Assembly: GCA_036170655.1 (NCBI GenBank)
Contig: JAVHPP010000057.1
Span: 1-15,409, forward strand
Direction: 5' to 3'
Length of the DNA stretch: 15,409 nucleotides
Source of the DNA: Candidatus Zixiibacteriota bacterium
Lineage (GTDB): Bacteria > Zixibacteria > MSB-5A5 > WJJR01
Below, piece by piece: positions 1-8,791 of the stretch. A program made the position numbers and the translations under genes. Position 1 is the stretch's first letter; each line of letters starts with the position of its first letter. The notes under the pieces are model-generated. The model was not told the DNA's origin. It did not search any database and saw only the letters and a program-made list of their open reading frames with translations.

Positions 1-764
1 GCACGATACCCGCTCTGAACAAGGGCCGCACTCAGATCGTCAACTTTGTTGCGGCTGATGCAATAAATGATGCCTGACTCTTTACGGTGCCGGTTCACGA
101 TCGCGCGAATTTGGTCCCATCCGTCTCCTGTGCGCTGCTCGGCGCGGTAGATCAGGTTGGGCCGGTCAAATGAGCCAACCAATATGCAGGCGTCGCGCAG
201 TTGCAACTGGCTGGCGATATCGGCACGGACCTGCTCGGTCGCAGTGGCGGTGTACCCATGCACGGCCAGACCCGGAAAGGCCGCCTTCAGAAGTTTGAGC
301 TCGCGGTAGTCTTTGCGGAAATCGTGCCCCCACATGCTGATGCAATGCGCCTCATCGACAGCAAAGAACGAAACCGTGACACTCTTGAGGAAGTCAACGA
401 AGCCGCTGGCGGTCAACCGCTCCGGGGCCACATAAAGAAGTTTGAGTTCGCCATGGCGTATTTGATCGATCGTCGACCGGCGTTCATCGGATGATTGAGT
501 GCTGTTGATGAACGCCGCCGGGACACCGCAGCCGGTCAGCGCATCGACCTGATCCTTCATCAATGAAATCAGCGGCGAGACGACCACCGCCAGTCCGGGC
601 ATGGCCATCGCGGGCGCCTGAAAACACAACGACTTTCCGCCGCCTGTTGGCAGCACAACCACCGAATCCCGCTGCGCCATCACACAGGCCATTGCCTCTT
701 CCTGCAGTGGCCGGAAACTGTCGTATCCCCAGTGTTTCTTCAGCAGACCTTGGAGTTGTTTCAT
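1..764 (-). CDS. recQ: ATP-dependent DNA helicase RecQ, N-terminal part (runs off the window at position 1)
   Basis: Manual minus-strand translation from ATG at 764: MKQLQGLLKKHWGYDSFRPLQEEAM...VVLPTGGGKSLCFQAPA...VVSPLISLMKDQV...YVAPERL...AVDEAHCISMWGHDFR...TATAT...SFDRPNL...SGIIYC. These are RecQ motif 0, Walker A, the DEAH box and motif IV. An in-frame TGA lies 7 codons upstream of the ATG. Not in the ORF track because no stop codon lies in the window. Confidence 0.97.
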   Translation of the reverse strand, partial: MKQLQGLLKKHWGYDSFRPLQEEAMACVMAQRDSVVVLPTGGGKSLCFQAPAMAMPGLAVVVSPLISLMKDQVDALTGCGVPAAFINSTQSSDERRSTIDQIRHGELKLLYVAPERLTASGFVDFLKSVTVSFFAVDEAHCISMWGHDFRKDYRELKLLKAAFPGLAVHGYTATATEQVRADIASQLQLRDACILVGSFDRPNLIYRAEQRTGDGWDQIRAIVNRHRKESGIIYCISRNKVDDLSAALVQSGYR

Positions 765-959
765 CAGATTCGATCCCGCAACTCAACTGCCCGGGCCACC
801 GGCAAACAAGCGCCGTTCGGACAGGCCCGTCAATCACCATTTCAAGGCCAATGAACTTCCCCCAAGAGTCTCAACCAGAGAAATTCCCCCTTGATTTGAC
901 CTGTTTCCACGTTTAATACACCAGTCAGCCCCATAATGGGGCAGCGAAAGGAAGGATAG

Positions 960-1862
960 ATGCGTCACGCAAAGAGATTGATCTGCAGTGCATTTCTGAT
1001 CGCCATGGTGATTGCACTGACTGCTGGAAGGTCGTATGCTGAAGAAGCCAAAGAGGACGCTTGGGATCATGCGTTCAAGGGGCATGAGATGTGGGTGACC
1101 GCTCTGGATTCCGGCCTCGCGGCGTCGGCCAAAGAGAACAAACCTCTCCTGATCGACTTCTACAGCCGCCACTGAGGGTCATGCCGGACTCTGGCAGAGT
1201 CCACGTGGGCCGACCCGAAGTTTCAGGCTTGGGCGAAAGACAAGTTCATCCTCGTTAAAGTCCACACACTCGACCAGCCCGAGATGCGGGATAAATATGG
1301 CATCGCCGGACTACCAACGGTGATCCTCGCCAAACCCGGCGGCGAAGAGATCGACCGCACCATTGGCTACGTCAAAACCGGCAACTTCATCTCCACAGTT
1401 GAGGGTTACCAGAAGGGAATCGGTACCCTGGCGGCCATGAAGCTGGAAGAGAAGACTAAGGGAAAAGATCCTGCATTTCTGTTCTTGCTGGGTGAGAAGT
1501 TTTTCGCCCATAGTCTTTGGGACGCGGCCGAGGCTCGGTTTGAGAAGGTGATCGCCCTCGACCCGGACAACAAGAGCGGCAGCGCTGACAAAGCCATGAT
1601 TAACAGCGCCAGCACATGGGCCAAGAAAGAGGATTATGCCAGAGCCATCAGTTGCTGCCACGATCTGCTCAAGCGCTGGCCTGACAGCCACCTGAATTCT
1701 GACGCGACAGCCTATGTTGGCTGGTATGCCACAAAAGCCGGGAAGTCCGATGAAGCTATTGCCGCGTACACCGAGTACTTGAAGCGCTGGCCGACAGGCG
1801 AGGATGCCGCATTCGCCAAAGAGGAACTGGAGAAGCTGAAGAATCCGGCGAAGAGCAACTGA
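960..1862 (+). CDS. Exported thioredoxin-fold + TPR protein, predicted selenoprotein (TGA 1173-1175 = Sec72, UxxC motif), 300 aa
   Basis: ORFs 960..1175 and 1284..1862 are in the same frame and separated only by TGA. Readthrough gives KPLLIDFYSRH-U-GSC-RTLAESTWADPKFQAWAKDKFILVKVHTLDQPEMRDKYGIAGLPTVILAKPGGEEIDRTIGY, a complete thioredoxin-like domain with the cis-Pro loop (GLPTV). Signal peptide MRHAKR...SYA at the N-terminus, TPR-like helical repeats at the C-terminus, AAGGA RBS before 960. Confidence 0.88.
1176..1216 (+). promoter_or_regulatory. Putative bacterial SECIS element
   Basis: Directly after the TGA. Lower stem GGGTC(1176-1180)/GACCC(1212-1216). Perfect apical stem GGACTCT(1186-1192)/AGAGTCC(1196-1202). 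Loop GGC starts with G and lies 17 nt after the UGA. Confidence 0.78.
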
Positions 1863-1891
1863 CGGTTCACTGCCATTCTCCGTCACATACG

Positions 1892-1929
1892 TCGGCCCAA
1901 CTCTCAATCGAGGTTGGGCCGATTCGTTT
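1892..1929 (+). terminator. Probable intrinsic terminator between convergent genes
   Basis: TCGGCCCAAC(1892-1901)/GTTGGGCCGA(1913-1922) stem followed by TTCGTTT, 30 nt after the stop at 1862. Confidence 0.7.
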
Positions 1930-2047
1930 GTGAGTAACCGTCAGAGCAGGAGCACGCAGATCCTGACCCCGCTTCATCGTACCACCCTCGGGTTTATCCA
2001 CACGCCCGAGAGCGGAAAGTCCGGTACCGCCGCACGACACTTAGCAG

Positions 2048-3565
2048 TCAGAACCCGTATAGCTCGCCAAACTTCTTCGTCATATAGTCGATCAGCGGCT
2101 TCGAGCTGAGCGGTTGCCCGGTAACTCGCTCCACCAAGTTCGCGGCGCGGTAACGGCGTCCATGACGATGGATGTTCTGGCGCAACCAGTTCTTCAGCGC
2201 TCCGAATTCGCCTTTGGCAAACTGCCCGCTGAGATCCCCTATATCCTTCTGCGCTTTGGCGAAGAACTGCGCGGCGTACAGGTTTCCGAGCGTGTACGTC
2301 GGGAAATAGCCAATATACCCCGCGCTCCAGTGCACATCCTGGAGGCAACCTTCTTTGTCGTTCGGCGGCGTCAGCCCGAAGTACGATTTGAACTTCTCGC
2401 TCCAAGCGCCGGGAATATCATCAACAGACAGACCACCCGAGAAGAAGGCCCGCTCCATCTCGAAACGCAGCAGGACATGAAGATTGTATGTTGCTTCATC
2501 GGCTTCCACACGGATCAGCGAAGGGCGCACGTCGTTGATCGCCCAATAGAATTCGTCGGCCGACACATTCCCCAGCGCTTCAGGGAATGCCTTCTGCGCT
2601 TTTGGGAAGAAGTGCGTCCAGAACGGGCGCGAACGTCCGACCAGATTCTCCCACATCCGCGATTGCGATTCGTGTATCCCCAGCGAAATCATCTCGCCCA
2701 TTGGTGTGCCGAAGTGCTTCGGGTCCAGCCCCTGGTCATAAATTCCGTGGCCGGCCTCATGCAGAATTCCAAAGAACGCACAGGGGAAATGATGCGCATC
2801 GTAACGGGTCGTGATGCGCACATCCCCCGGCCCGATACCGGTGCAGAACGGATGGGTCGTGATGTCCAGACGCCCCTCTTCGAAGTCAAACCCAATGGCG
2901 GCGGCGGCTTCTTTGCCGAATTTCTCCTGACGGTCGACTGGGTACTCGCGCGTGATGATGCCGACATCGGGGGATCGTCCCGTGCTGCGGATCTTCTCCA
3001 AGAGCGCGACTAGCTCGACACGCAGTGGGGTGAAGATTTTCTCGATTGAAGCGACAGTCGCGCCCGGCTCGAAGGCATCGAGCATGGCGTTGTATGGGTC
3101 GTCCTTGTAGCCGACGGCTTCGGCCTCTTGCTTCTTGAGGTCGATGACCTTCTGCAGCCACGGCTTGAACGCGGCGAAATCCGATTTCGCGCGCGCCTCG
3201 GCCCATTTCCCCTGCGCCAAGGTTGTGACACGGGTTATCTCTTCAACAAGCGACTTGGGGATCTTGACCTGCCGGTCGTAAATCCGTCCGACCTCGCGAA
3301 CCATTACCGCGGCATCGCTGTCGTCGCCATTGGCCATGCCGCTGGATTTCAGTGTGTTCAGAAGTTCGCCGATGCGTGGCTCAACCAGCCGTGAATGCGA
3401 CAATCCTGCCAGAAAGGCCAATTGCTCGGCACGGTGTTCGGCGCCCTTGCGGGGCATGTAAGTTCTTTCATCCCATCCTAATAGCGAGCCGCATGAATCG
3501 ATCATCGAGATCTCGCGGCACTCGCGGACGAGTGCGTTCAGGGCATCTTGCGGGGATTGTGGCAT
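2048..3565 (-). CDS. Carboxypeptidase, family M32 (Taq carboxypeptidase-like)
   Basis: Motifs LLGWDERTYMP, HPFC, DVRITTRY, HEAGH (HEXXH), HESQSR, IRVEADE, GCLQDVHW, GYFPTY. GAGGAG RBS upstream. Confidence 0.97.
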   Translation of the reverse strand: MPQSPQDALNALVRECREISMIDSCGSLLGWDERTYMPRKGAEHRAEQLAFLAGLSHSRLVEPRIGELLNTLKSSGMANGDDSDAAVMVREVGRIYDRQVKIPKSLVEEITRVTTLAQGKWAEARAKSDFAAFKPWLQKVIDLKKQEAEAVGYKDDPYNAMLDAFEPGATVASIEKIFTPLRVELVALLEKIRSTGRSPDVGIITREYPVDRQEKFGKEAAAAIGFDFEEGRLDITTHPFCTGIGPGDVRITTRYDAHHFPCAFFGILHEAGHGIYDQGLDPKHFGTPMGEMISLGIHESQSRMWENLVGRSRPFWTHFFPKAQKAFPEALGNVSADEFYWAINDVRPSLIRVEADEATYNLHVLLRFEMERAFFSGGLSVDDIPGAWSEKFKSYFGLTPPNDKEGCLQDVHWSAGYIGYFPTYTLGNLYAAQFFAKAQKDIGDLSGQFAKGEFGALKNWLRQNIHRHGRRYRAANLVERVTGQPLSSKPLIDYMTKKFGELYGF

Positions 3566-3861
3566 GGGATTTCAACTCCTCCTCATGTGTGTGTGTGTAC
3601 GCCGCTTTGTCGCGTCCCCAGATAACCCTGCTGGAGAGGGAACGTGCCGCAGAAGATACACTCCGACGGACGGGAAGACAACCGTCACGGGTAGATTCCC
3701 GGCCGACGCGACACAATCCTTTCATGAATCAAACGCCCCCCTAAAAACGTATTGAGGCACATGCGACCCTCACGCCGACCCGGCGAAAGAGATTCCGTTT
3801 TCGGCGCGATCCGGGGCATGGGGTCGTTCCACAACAGCAGTGGATCCTCTGGAGTCAGCCG

Positions 3862-4758
3862 ATGCAGCTTGAAATCGATGCGGTCAGCAAGGAATACCGG
3901 GGCAACGTCCGGGCTCTGCGCGATTTCTGCCTGACCCTTCGCCCCGGAGTGTTGGGCCTCCTCGGACCAAACGGCGCCGGCAAATCGACGTTGATGCGCA
4001 TTCTGGCCACGGTCACGAAGCCATCAAGCGGTACTGTCCGATGGAATGGAACCGACATCGTGCATGCACCAGATGCCTTGCGAGCCGATCTGGGGTACCT
4101 GCCTCAGGACTTTGGCGTCTATCCCAACCTGACGGCCTCGGAGTTTCTCGAATACCTGGCGGCGATCCGCGGGGTGGATGGCGCCACAGCCAAGAGACGG
4201 ATCGGGGAGCTTCTGGATCTGGTCGGTCTCACCACATGGCGGGACCGTCCCTTGGGAAAGTATTCCGGCGGGATGAAGCAGCGCGTTGGCATCGCGCAGG
4301 CCCTGCTGAACAATCCCAAGCTGTTGATTGTCGATGAGCCAACCGTCGGGCTGGACCCGGAAGAGCGCGTGCGGTTCCGCAACTTGCTGGCTGACCTGTC
4401 CGGCGAACGCATTGTCATCCTCTCCACGCATATTGTCTCCGATGTCGAAGCCAGCGCGACCGAGATCGCGATTATGTCCGGGGGGCGCTTGCTGATCCAT
4501 GCGGCGCCGGAGGAACTGCTGCGAGCGGTTGAGGGAAAGGTCTGGGAATGGATTATCGCCAGCACTTCGCTCCCGGCGGTGAAAGCGCAGTACCTGATCA
4601 GCGGCACCATCCGACGGACCGACGGGGTCCATGTGCGCATCGTCAGCGCGGTGTCGCCGGGATCGGAGGCGCAGCCGTCATCCCCAACTCTGGAGGATGC
4701 CTACCTGCATTTCATTGCCGGCAGCAGAAACGCCAATGAACAGACAACCGCCGCTTAG
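3862..4758 (+). CDS. ABC transporter ATP-binding protein (exporter type)
   Basis: Walker A GPNGAGKS, signature YSGGMKQR, Walker B LIVDEPT, H-loop STH, C-terminal PTLEDAYL. Confidence 0.97.
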   Translation: MQLEIDAVSKEYRGNVRALRDFCLTLRPGVLGLLGPNGAGKSTLMRILATVTKPSSGTVRWNGTDIVHAPDALRADLGYLPQDFGVYPNLTASEFLEYLAAIRGVDGATAKRRIGELLDLVGLTTWRDRPLGKYSGGMKQRVGIAQALLNNPKLLIVDEPTVGLDPEERVRFRNLLADLSGERIVILSTHIVSDVEASATEIAIMSGGRLLIHAAPEELLRAVEGKVWEWIIASTSLPAVKAQYLISGTIRRTDGVHVRIVSAVSPGSEAQPSSPTLEDAYLHFIAGSRNANEQTTAA

Positions 4759-4760
4759 CC

Positions 4761-6344
4761 ATGTTGCGTCCCCTCTACCATCTGATGCGCGCCGATTTCC
4801 TGGAGCGGGTGCGGCGTGTGAGTTTCCTCATCACGCTCGGCCTGTCCGTGTACCTGGCTTACCTGTTCGTGCCTCCGAACCACACGAGCTACGCCACGTT
4901 GGAGATGGCCAACCATCGCGGCATCTACAACTCGGCTTGGATCGGTATGCTGGTCGCGCTGATGACGGGGCAGTTCATCTCGTTCGCCGGGTTTTATCTG
5001 GTCAAGAACGCCATCCGCCGGGACCGTGACACCGGCGTCGGCCAGATCATTGCGGCGACGCCGACCACACGTTTTCAGTACGCGGCCGGGAAATGGCTAA
5101 GCAATCTGATGGTGCTGGCGACGATGGTCGGAGTGATGGCCATCTCAGCCATTGTCATGCAATTGGTGCGCGGGGAAGACTCGCACATCGATCTGCTGGT
5201 GCTCCTCGCGCCATTCCTGTTCTTCGCGCTCCCGGTCATGGCCCTGACAGCGGCTGTGGCCGTGCTGTTCGAAACAGTTCCGTTTCTAACCGGCGGGCTG
5301 GGAAATGTGATCTACTTCTTTCTATGGATGGCTGGCATCTCCGGGGAGATGTTCGTGGCATTTGACCTTTTTGGCATCAAGAGCGCCACACCTTCGATGC
5401 TCCGAGCGTGCGAGACTGCCTTCCCGGATTACCACGCCGCTGAAGACAAGTTCAGCATGGGGTTCACCATCCTCGGCGATGGCAAGACCTGGTCGCTCTC
5501 GACGTTCCACTGGAACGGACTTGACTGGACAACAGCGATCATACTCAATCGCCTGCTCCTCATTGGTCTCGCGCTCGGGATCACAGCCATCGCCTCACGG
5601 TTGTTTGATCGCTTTGATCAATCCCGAGAGCAGACCACGGGGCGACGACAACGGAACGGAGCGGAACAAATGACGGACGCCCGGCCCCGCATGTGGATTT
5701 GGCTGGGGGTATCCCGCCTGGGCGGGTTGGCGTGGTTGCGACGGATCTTCGGCCCCATCGTCACAGCAGAGGTACGCCTGATGTTCAAGGGAGTCTCGCG
5801 CTGGTGGTACATGGTGGCTGCCGGGCTCTTCATCGCCGAGATTGCCAGCCCTCTCAAAGTGGGTCGCGAAATCTTGCTGCCGATCGCCTGGCTCTGGCCT
5901 GTACTGTTATGGTCATCAATGGGAATCCGCGAAACCAGTTCCGGCACTGATCAGTTGATCTTCTCCAGTCCACGGTCGTTGCACCGCCAGTTCCCCGCCC
6001 TCTGGATTGCGGGGATCATCGTTTCACTCTTGACAGGCGGAGGGATCTTGGTCCGCCTGGCCATCGTCGGCGCGTGGAGTCCCCTGTTGGCGATCGCGAT
6101 TGGAGCGGCATTCATTCCTTCACTGGCGCTCTGCCTGGGAGTCTGGAGTGGCACCGGCAAACTCTTCGAAGTCCTCTATGTTCTCCTCTGGTACGTTGGT
6201 CTGATCAACCACGTGCCTGCGTTGGATTATGCCGGAACCACGTCTGCCGCAGCCCAAGCGGGCGCTCACTGGACATTTCTGACCACCACGGTTGTCTTGC
6301 TGACGACAGCGTATGTCGGACGACGCCGACAGATGCAGCAGTGA
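4761..6344 (+). CDS. ABC transporter permease (multi-pass membrane protein)
   Basis: Starts 2 nt after the ATPase stop. Many hydrophobic segments, with two ABC-2-like cytoplasmic loop motifs (RDRDTGVGQIIAATP and RETSSGTDQLIFSSP). Confidence 0.88.
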   Translation: MLRPLYHLMRADFLERVRRVSFLITLGLSVYLAYLFVPPNHTSYATLEMANHRGIYNSAWIGMLVALMTGQFISFAGFYLVKNAIRRDRDTGVGQIIAATPTTRFQYAAGKWLSNLMVLATMVGVMAISAIVMQLVRGEDSHIDLLVLLAPFLFFALPVMALTAAVAVLFETVPFLTGGLGNVIYFFLWMAGISGEMFVAFDLFGIKSATPSMLRACETAFPDYHAAEDKFSMGFTILGDGKTWSLSTFHWNGLDWTTAIILNRLLLIGLALGITAIASRLFDRFDQSREQTTGRRQRNGAEQMTDARPRMWIWLGVSRLGGLAWLRRIFGPIVTAEVRLMFKGVSRWWYMVAAGLFIAEIASPLKVGREILLPIAWLWPVLLWSSMGIRETSSGTDQLIFSSPRSLHRQFPALWIAGIIVSLLTGGGILVRLAIVGAWSPLLAIAIGAAFIPSLALCLGVWSGTGKLFEVLYVLLWYVGLINHVPALDYAGTTSAAAQAGAHWTFLTTTVVLLTTAYVGRRRQMQQ

Positions 6345-6409
6345 CTCACAAGAAGAGAGAGGGTGCAGATCGAGTCGGCATCGACAAGTACCAAGCGCCG
6401 ACCGGCCAG

Positions 6410-6437
6410 TTGACAAAAATCCGTTTTGACCGATATT
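6410..6437 (+). promoter_or_regulatory. Possible sigma70 promoter for the peptidase
   Basis: TTGACA (6410-6415), 16-nt spacer, GATATT (6432-6437), within the intergenic gap. Confidence 0.4.
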
Positions 6438-6518
6438 GCTGGAGACGCCTCCGGCTCCGCACGGAGTCGGGGACGATCAATCTCGCCCGCACATGAAGCG
6501 CATTCTCCGGCAGACCAC

Positions 6519-8537
6519 ATGAATACAAACCGGCTTGGCCACATATCTTTGATCGCCTGCATGATGGCGTTCGTAGTTATGGCCTCGGTTTCCCCAAATG
6601 CGCTACCCGCCGGGCGGAGTTCCCCTCTCGCTGTTTTGGAAATGGCCGTTACTCCAAGTCGGGCCAAACATTTTCCCGGTATCGCCGCGACCGCAGCGTT
6701 TGATTCTCTACAGGCACGGTCGCCACGGCGCTGGGATGTGCGCTGGAATGAGACAACAGGCCTCCCGAAGATGCTTTCCGGCGGCGAATCCGCTGCCTTG
6801 ACCACTGCGCCCACGGCAGCAGCAAGCATGTTCCTTTCCGACAATGCCGCCTTATTCGGCTTGGAGAGCGGCCCCGGACGCCTGCCAGGCGCCGTCGCCA
6901 TGATCCGAGAACAGGAACTCCCCGTGGCCACCAAGATCACCTATGAGCAGACCGTCGGCGGATTGCCCGTTGCCGATGCGCAGATCAGTATCATCGTCAA
7001 CTCCAAAGGATCGGTCACGCATGTAACGTCGACTGCCCAAGTCATCGCGTCGGTGGACACCGTTCCCACGCTGACAGTGAACGACGCCATCACCCGTGCA
7101 ACCGCTTCACTGGGCGGGCTGCGGCTGGTCCATGACGATCAGTCACCCCGGCTCTGCATTTTTCCGGCGGCGTCGCCCCGCCTTGCCTATGAGATCTATC
7201 TGACAGTCGATGCCGGATACGAGGAACCCTGGCGGCTGGTCATCGACGCGCACGATGGCTCAATCCTCTGGCGCCGCCGTCTGGTCGCCGACCAGTCACA
7301 GGTCTTCGACCCGAACCCTGTCGCGACCCTGAATGACGAAACGCTCCACGATCAGAACGACGCGAACGCAGCGGTCCCGCTGACCGCCTATTTCCCCGTG
7401 ACCCTCGCGCACCTCGATCCGCCAGTGGGAGGCCTTTATCAGCTCAAGGGGTTGTATGTCTGGATGCAGAACATCGAATCGCCGGCAAACTTGCCACCGA
7501 CATCCGAGGATGGCACGTTCCCCTATCTTCGTTTCGATAACGGGTTTGAAGAGGTAATGGTCTACTACACGATCGACCAGAATCAGACCTACATCCAGGG
7601 TCTCGGTTTCAACAATATCGACAATCGCCAGCATCGTTTCGACGCTCACGGTTTCAACGGCGAGGACAATTCGCACTATGTTGGCTCGCCCATCGGCTCG
7701 GGGTACATCACCTATGGCGATGGCGGCGTCGACGACGCCGAAGACGCCGACATCATCCTGCATGAGTATGGCCACTCCATTCAGGACAACTCCACGCATG
7801 GAATCTATTTCGGTTACGCCAGCAATGGCTACGGCGACGAAACCGGCGCGATGGGGGAGGGATTTGGCGACTACTGGGCGGCGTCCGGCGGCTACGACTC
7901 TTCGGTTGCACATTCATTTCCACTGGCCTACGTGGGCGAATGGGACGCGAAGGGGTATTCTCCCGGTGGGGACCCCTATCTCCGCGTGGTGAACACGGCC
8001 AAGGTGTACCCAGCCGACATGGTCAACGAGATTCACTCCGACGGCGAGATCTGGTCGGCAACGCTGTGGGACATCTTTCAGCAACTGGGACGGACCGTCA
8101 CGGACCGCATCGTGCTCTACTCGCACTTTCTGGTTCCGGTCAATCCGGATTTTGCTGACGGAGCCAATGCCCTTCTGGCCGCCGACGCCGCACTCTACCC
8201 TGCCGCCACGATGTCAGGAGCATCAACAGCCGGGGTCCATCGGGCGCAGATATGCTCTGTCTTGTCGGCACGCGGCATCCTGACCTGCCCGCCAGCCTGT
8301 GATTGCACGCTGCATGGCGATCCCAACGGCGACTCGTCGATCAACATTTTAGACATCGCGTTCACGATCGACGAGGCCTTCAGTAATGGCCAGAAGGCGC
8401 CGCAAGACCCGCTCTGTCCGCATCTGTCGCGCTCCGACTACAACTGCGACCGTCAGATCGATGTCCTCGACATCATCTATGTGATCGACTTCGTATTCAG
8501 CGGGGGACCGGCCCCCTGCAATCCCTGCGCGATGTAG
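6519..8537 (+). CDS. Secreted M36/M4 (fungalysin/thermolysin-like) metallopeptidase with FTP/PepSY-like propeptide and C-terminal dockerin-like domain
   Basis: ATG 6519 is followed by a signal peptide, so it is preferred over TTG 6426. Propeptide motifs YEQTVGGLPV and WRLVIDAHDGSIL. Catalytic motifs HEYGH, GAMGEGFGD and EIHSDGEIWS. C-terminal duplicated Ca-loops GDPNGDSSINILDI / SDYNCDRQIDVLDI. Confidence 0.9.
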   Translation: MNTNRLGHISLIACMMAFVVMASVSPNALPAGRSSPLAVLEMAVTPSRAKHFPGIAATAAFDSLQARSPRRWDVRWNETTGLPKMLSGGESAALTTAPTAAASMFLSDNAALFGLESGPGRLPGAVAMIREQELPVATKITYEQTVGGLPVADAQISIIVNSKGSVTHVTSTAQVIASVDTVPTLTVNDAITRATASLGGLRLVHDDQSPRLCIFPAASPRLAYEIYLTVDAGYEEPWRLVIDAHDGSILWRRRLVADQSQVFDPNPVATLNDETLHDQNDANAAVPLTAYFPVTLAHLDPPVGGLYQLKGLYVWMQNIESPANLPPTSEDGTFPYLRFDNGFEEVMVYYTIDQNQTYIQGLGFNNIDNRQHRFDAHGFNGEDNSHYVGSPIGSGYITYGDGGVDDAEDADIILHEYGHSIQDNSTHGIYFGYASNGYGDETGAMGEGFGDYWAASGGYDSSVAHSFPLAYVGEWDAKGYSPGGDPYLRVVNTAKVYPADMVNEIHSDGEIWSATLWDIFQQLGRTVTDRIVLYSHFLVPVNPDFADGANALLAADAALYPAATMSGASTAGVHRAQICSVLSARGILTCPPACDCTLHGDPNGDSSINILDIAFTIDEAFSNGQKAPQDPLCPHLSRSDYNCDRQIDVLDIIYVIDFVFSGGPAPCNPCAM

Positions 8538-8637
8538 AAGTGTCGCGCTGCCGCACGTTCGTGTAGCATAGGCCCTTGTGGCCGTTCTCCGTAGACACCA
8601 AACCCATCGCCATGTTGTTGCAGAGCACGATCTTGGT

Positions 8638-8773
8638 TTGGCGCGGCCGCCCCCGGCCGCGTTGGCAGGCAAAGCCTGCCATCCATTCTGGTAACCTCCG
8701 CGGGCAATTTCATGGTCAGGGATCGTCGCTTCGCGACCCGCCGCGGCGGGCGGACGAGGGGCGCCCGCGCCAC
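8638..8773. repeat. Inverted pair of a second (GTGG-type) REP-like sequence
   Basis: TTGGCGCGGCCGCCCCCGGCCGC at 8638-8660(+) versus GTGGCGCGGGCGCCCCTCGTCCGC at 8750-8773(-). Confidence 0.6.
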
Positions 8774-8791
8774 ATTCAAGATGCGGTTGGG

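Noticed and set aside
201..916. ORF-track ORFs 201..494, 484..840 and 563..916
   Set aside because: Shadow frames overlapping the clearly recognisable recQ frame.
960..1862. Reading as two separate genes (71 aa + 192 aa) or a nonsense pseudogene
   Set aside because: The stop is TGA exactly at the redox-Cys position, is followed by a SECIS-like hairpin, and there are no other lesions. Selenocysteine recoding explains it better.
1994..2002. Perfect DnaA box TTATCCACA in the loop of a CTCGGG/CCCGAG hairpin
   Set aside because: Single box, no AT-rich unwinding element and no dnaA/dnaN context; compatible with chance.
2010..2030. GCGGAAAGTCCGG resembles the RNase P RNA signature GAGGAAAGTCC
   Set aside because: The intergenic gap is too short and no other rnpB conserved regions are visible.
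3586..3598. Short (TG)n tract upstream of the carboxypeptidase RBS
   Set aside because: Too short to support a phase-variation claim.
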